A DNA stretch of 64,000 nt from NCBI RefSeq assembly GCF_963506605.1, contig NC_083294.1:38502001-38566000 (forward strand). Reading direction: 5' to 3'. Source of the DNA: Zootoca vivipara. Its lineage: Eukaryota. The position numbers and the translations under genes were made by a program. The notes under the pieces were generated by a model. It worked only from the letters and a program-made list of their open reading frames with translations, searched no databases and had not been told where the DNA came from. Below are positions 62,213-64,000 of the stretch, piece after piece; positions within the stretch are counted from its first letter, which is position 1; each line of letters starts with the position of its first letter.

Positions 62213-62890
62213 GGGGCTGTAGCTCAGGGCTAACACAACTGCTTCGCATGCAGATCCCCAGCGGCATCTCTAGGGAGGGCTGGGAATGACTCCTGGCTGA
62301 ACCCCCAGGGATCCACAGCCAGTCAGGGTAGACAATACTACAGTACTGAGCTTTTTGTTGTTGTTGTTTAGTCGTTTAGTCGTGTCCGACTCTTCGTGAC
62401 CCCATGGACCATAGCACGCCAGGCACTCCTGTCTTCCACTGCCTCCCGCAGTTTGGTCAAACTCATGTTCATAGCTTCGAGAACACTGTCCAACCATCTC
62501 GTCCTCTGTCGTCCCCTTCTCCTTGTGCCCTCCATCTTTCCCAACATCAGGGTCTTTTCTAGGGAGTCTTCTCTTCTCATGAGGTGGCCAAAGTATTGGA
62601 GCCTCAGCTTTAGGATCTGTCCTTCCAGTGAGCACTCAGAGCTGATTTCCTTAAGAATGAATAGGTTTGATCTTCTTGCAGTCCATGGGACTCTCAAGAG
62701 TCTCCTCCAGCACCATAATTCAAAAGCATCAATTCTTCGGCGATCAGCCTTCTTTATGGTCTAGTTCTCACTTCCATACATCACTACTGGGAAAACCATT
62801 TAACTATACGGACCTTTGTCAGCAAGGTGATGTCTCTGCTACTGAGCTAGATGGGCCAATTGACTGACTCAGTATATGTCAACTGCCTAT
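62213..62890 (+). mobile_element. tRNA-derived SINE split by a BovB insertion
   Basis: ggggctgtagctcag head; gtagacaatact...actgagctagatgggccaa continues after the BovB. Confidence 0.75.
62353..62839 (-). mobile_element. BovB/RTE LINE 3' fragment
   Basis: MRVPWTARRSN...LQYFGHLMRREDSLEKTLMLGK; TSD tactgagct at 62344..62352 and 62840..62848. Confidence 0.95.
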
Positions 62891-62941
62891 CATGACTGCC
62901 ATAAAAGCATTTATTAAAATGCTGGCTTCAGTATTTAAATA

Positions 62942-63184
62942 CAGTGGTACCTCTACTTACCAAAAACTCTACTTACGAATGTTTCTACTTACGAATGGAG
63001 CTCCGTCTGCCATCTTGGATGTGGTTTAGATAGGATTTTTTCTACTTACGAATTTTTAGATAGGGTTGCTTCTACTTACGAATTTTTTCTCCCAATGCAT
63101 TCCTATGGGATTCGACTTACAATTTTTTTTGACTTACAAATGTGCGTTCGGAACAGATTAAATTCGTAAGTAGAGGTACCACTG
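62942..63184. mobile_element. Tc1/mariner (Tigger-like) MITE, second family
   Basis: TA|cagtggtacctctacttac...gtaagtagaggtaccactg|TA; internal ctacttacgaa repeats. Confidence 0.92.
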
Positions 63185-63243
63185 TATTGTTTGCTGCGGA
63201 GGAGAGCAAAGAAAAGAATATACCAGGCACTGGAAAAGCATTA

Positions 63244-63661
63244 CAGTGGTACCTCAGTTTATGAACACAATTGGTTCCGGAAGTCTGTTCATAAACTGAA
63301 GCGTTCATAAACTGAAGTGAACTTTCCCATTGAAAGTAATGGAAAGTGAATTAATCCGTTCCAGATGGTCCGCGGAGTAAGCGTTCATAAACTGAAGCAA
63401 ACTTCCCCATTGAAAGTAATGGAAAGTGGATTAATCCGTTCCAGACGGGTCCACGGAGTACTTAAACTGAAGCGTTCATAAACTGAAGCATGGGTGTAAT
63501 TGGTTCCGGAAGTCTGTTCATAAACTGAAGTGTTCATAAACTGAAGCAAACTTTCCCATTGAAAGTAATAGAAAATGAATTAATCCGTTCCAGATGGGTC
63601 CGCGGCGTTCATAAACCGAAAATTCATAAACCGAGGTGTTCATAAACCGAGGTTCCACTTG
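63244..63661. mobile_element. Tc1/mariner (Tigger-like) MITE, opposite orientation to 58646
   Basis: TA flanks; TIR cagtggtacctcagtttatgaa / ttcataaaccgaggttccacttg; three internal units. Confidence 0.9.
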
Positions 63662-64000
63662 TATGTGGCTGTAAGTATCTGGAATGCAGGCCGTACAGAG
63701 GGGTATTCAGTGCTAGTCCAACTCAGAGCAGACACATTGCAGCCCATGGACATGACTAATGTAAGTTTCTTAATTTCAGTGAGGCTACTCTGAGTAGGAC
63801 TCGGATGAATACTACCCACAACCTCTGGACATGGAGGTTCAATGTGACAATCATGTTTAATAGACATCGATAGAACATCTATTCCATGAACTTGTGGGAA
63901 ATGTAAACTAGTGCTGCTGCTGTTGCTGCAGTGTGTGCACATGTAGGGGCTGGCTAATGCCATTTTACAGCCTAAGTCATAGGTCCCACTGAGCCATTGG

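Noticed and set aside
62942-63184. Spaced ctacttacgaa repeats superficially resembling a CRISPR array
   Set aside because: The repeats are ~11 bp, irregularly spaced, and lie between Tc1/mariner TIRs with a TA TSD in a eukaryotic genome; they are MITE subterminal repeats.

Overview
Repeat-dense, non-coding vertebrate nuclear DNA. Sauria SINEs, BovB/RTE, CR1, L2, L1 and Penelope elements point to a squamate, most likely a lacertid lizard (inference). No host protein-coding exon can be supported. The only long intact reading frame (627..2234) is the 3' half of a young L1-clade ORF2, inserted with a 20-bp TSD into the GIY-YIG domain of a Penelope-like element. Three Penelope 3' termini carry minimal type-I hammerhead ribozyme motifs on the minus strand: two with intact cores (253..290, 47303..47340) and one decayed copy inside a solo 90-bp insertion with its own 14-bp TSD. 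Also present: a fossil hAT transposase (~2890..4865), many hAT MITEs with 8-bp TSDs, Tc1/mariner (pogo/Tigger-like) MITEs, a solo LTR, several multi-layer nested insertions and an internally inverted Sauria SINE. A CpG-rich region at ~50350..51750 holds a TATA/Inr promoter and a candidate non-coding first exon ending in AG|GTAAGT, so an unidentified + strand gene probably starts there. Several AT-rich, TE-free blocks upstream are candidate conserved non-coding elements. There are two assembly gaps.
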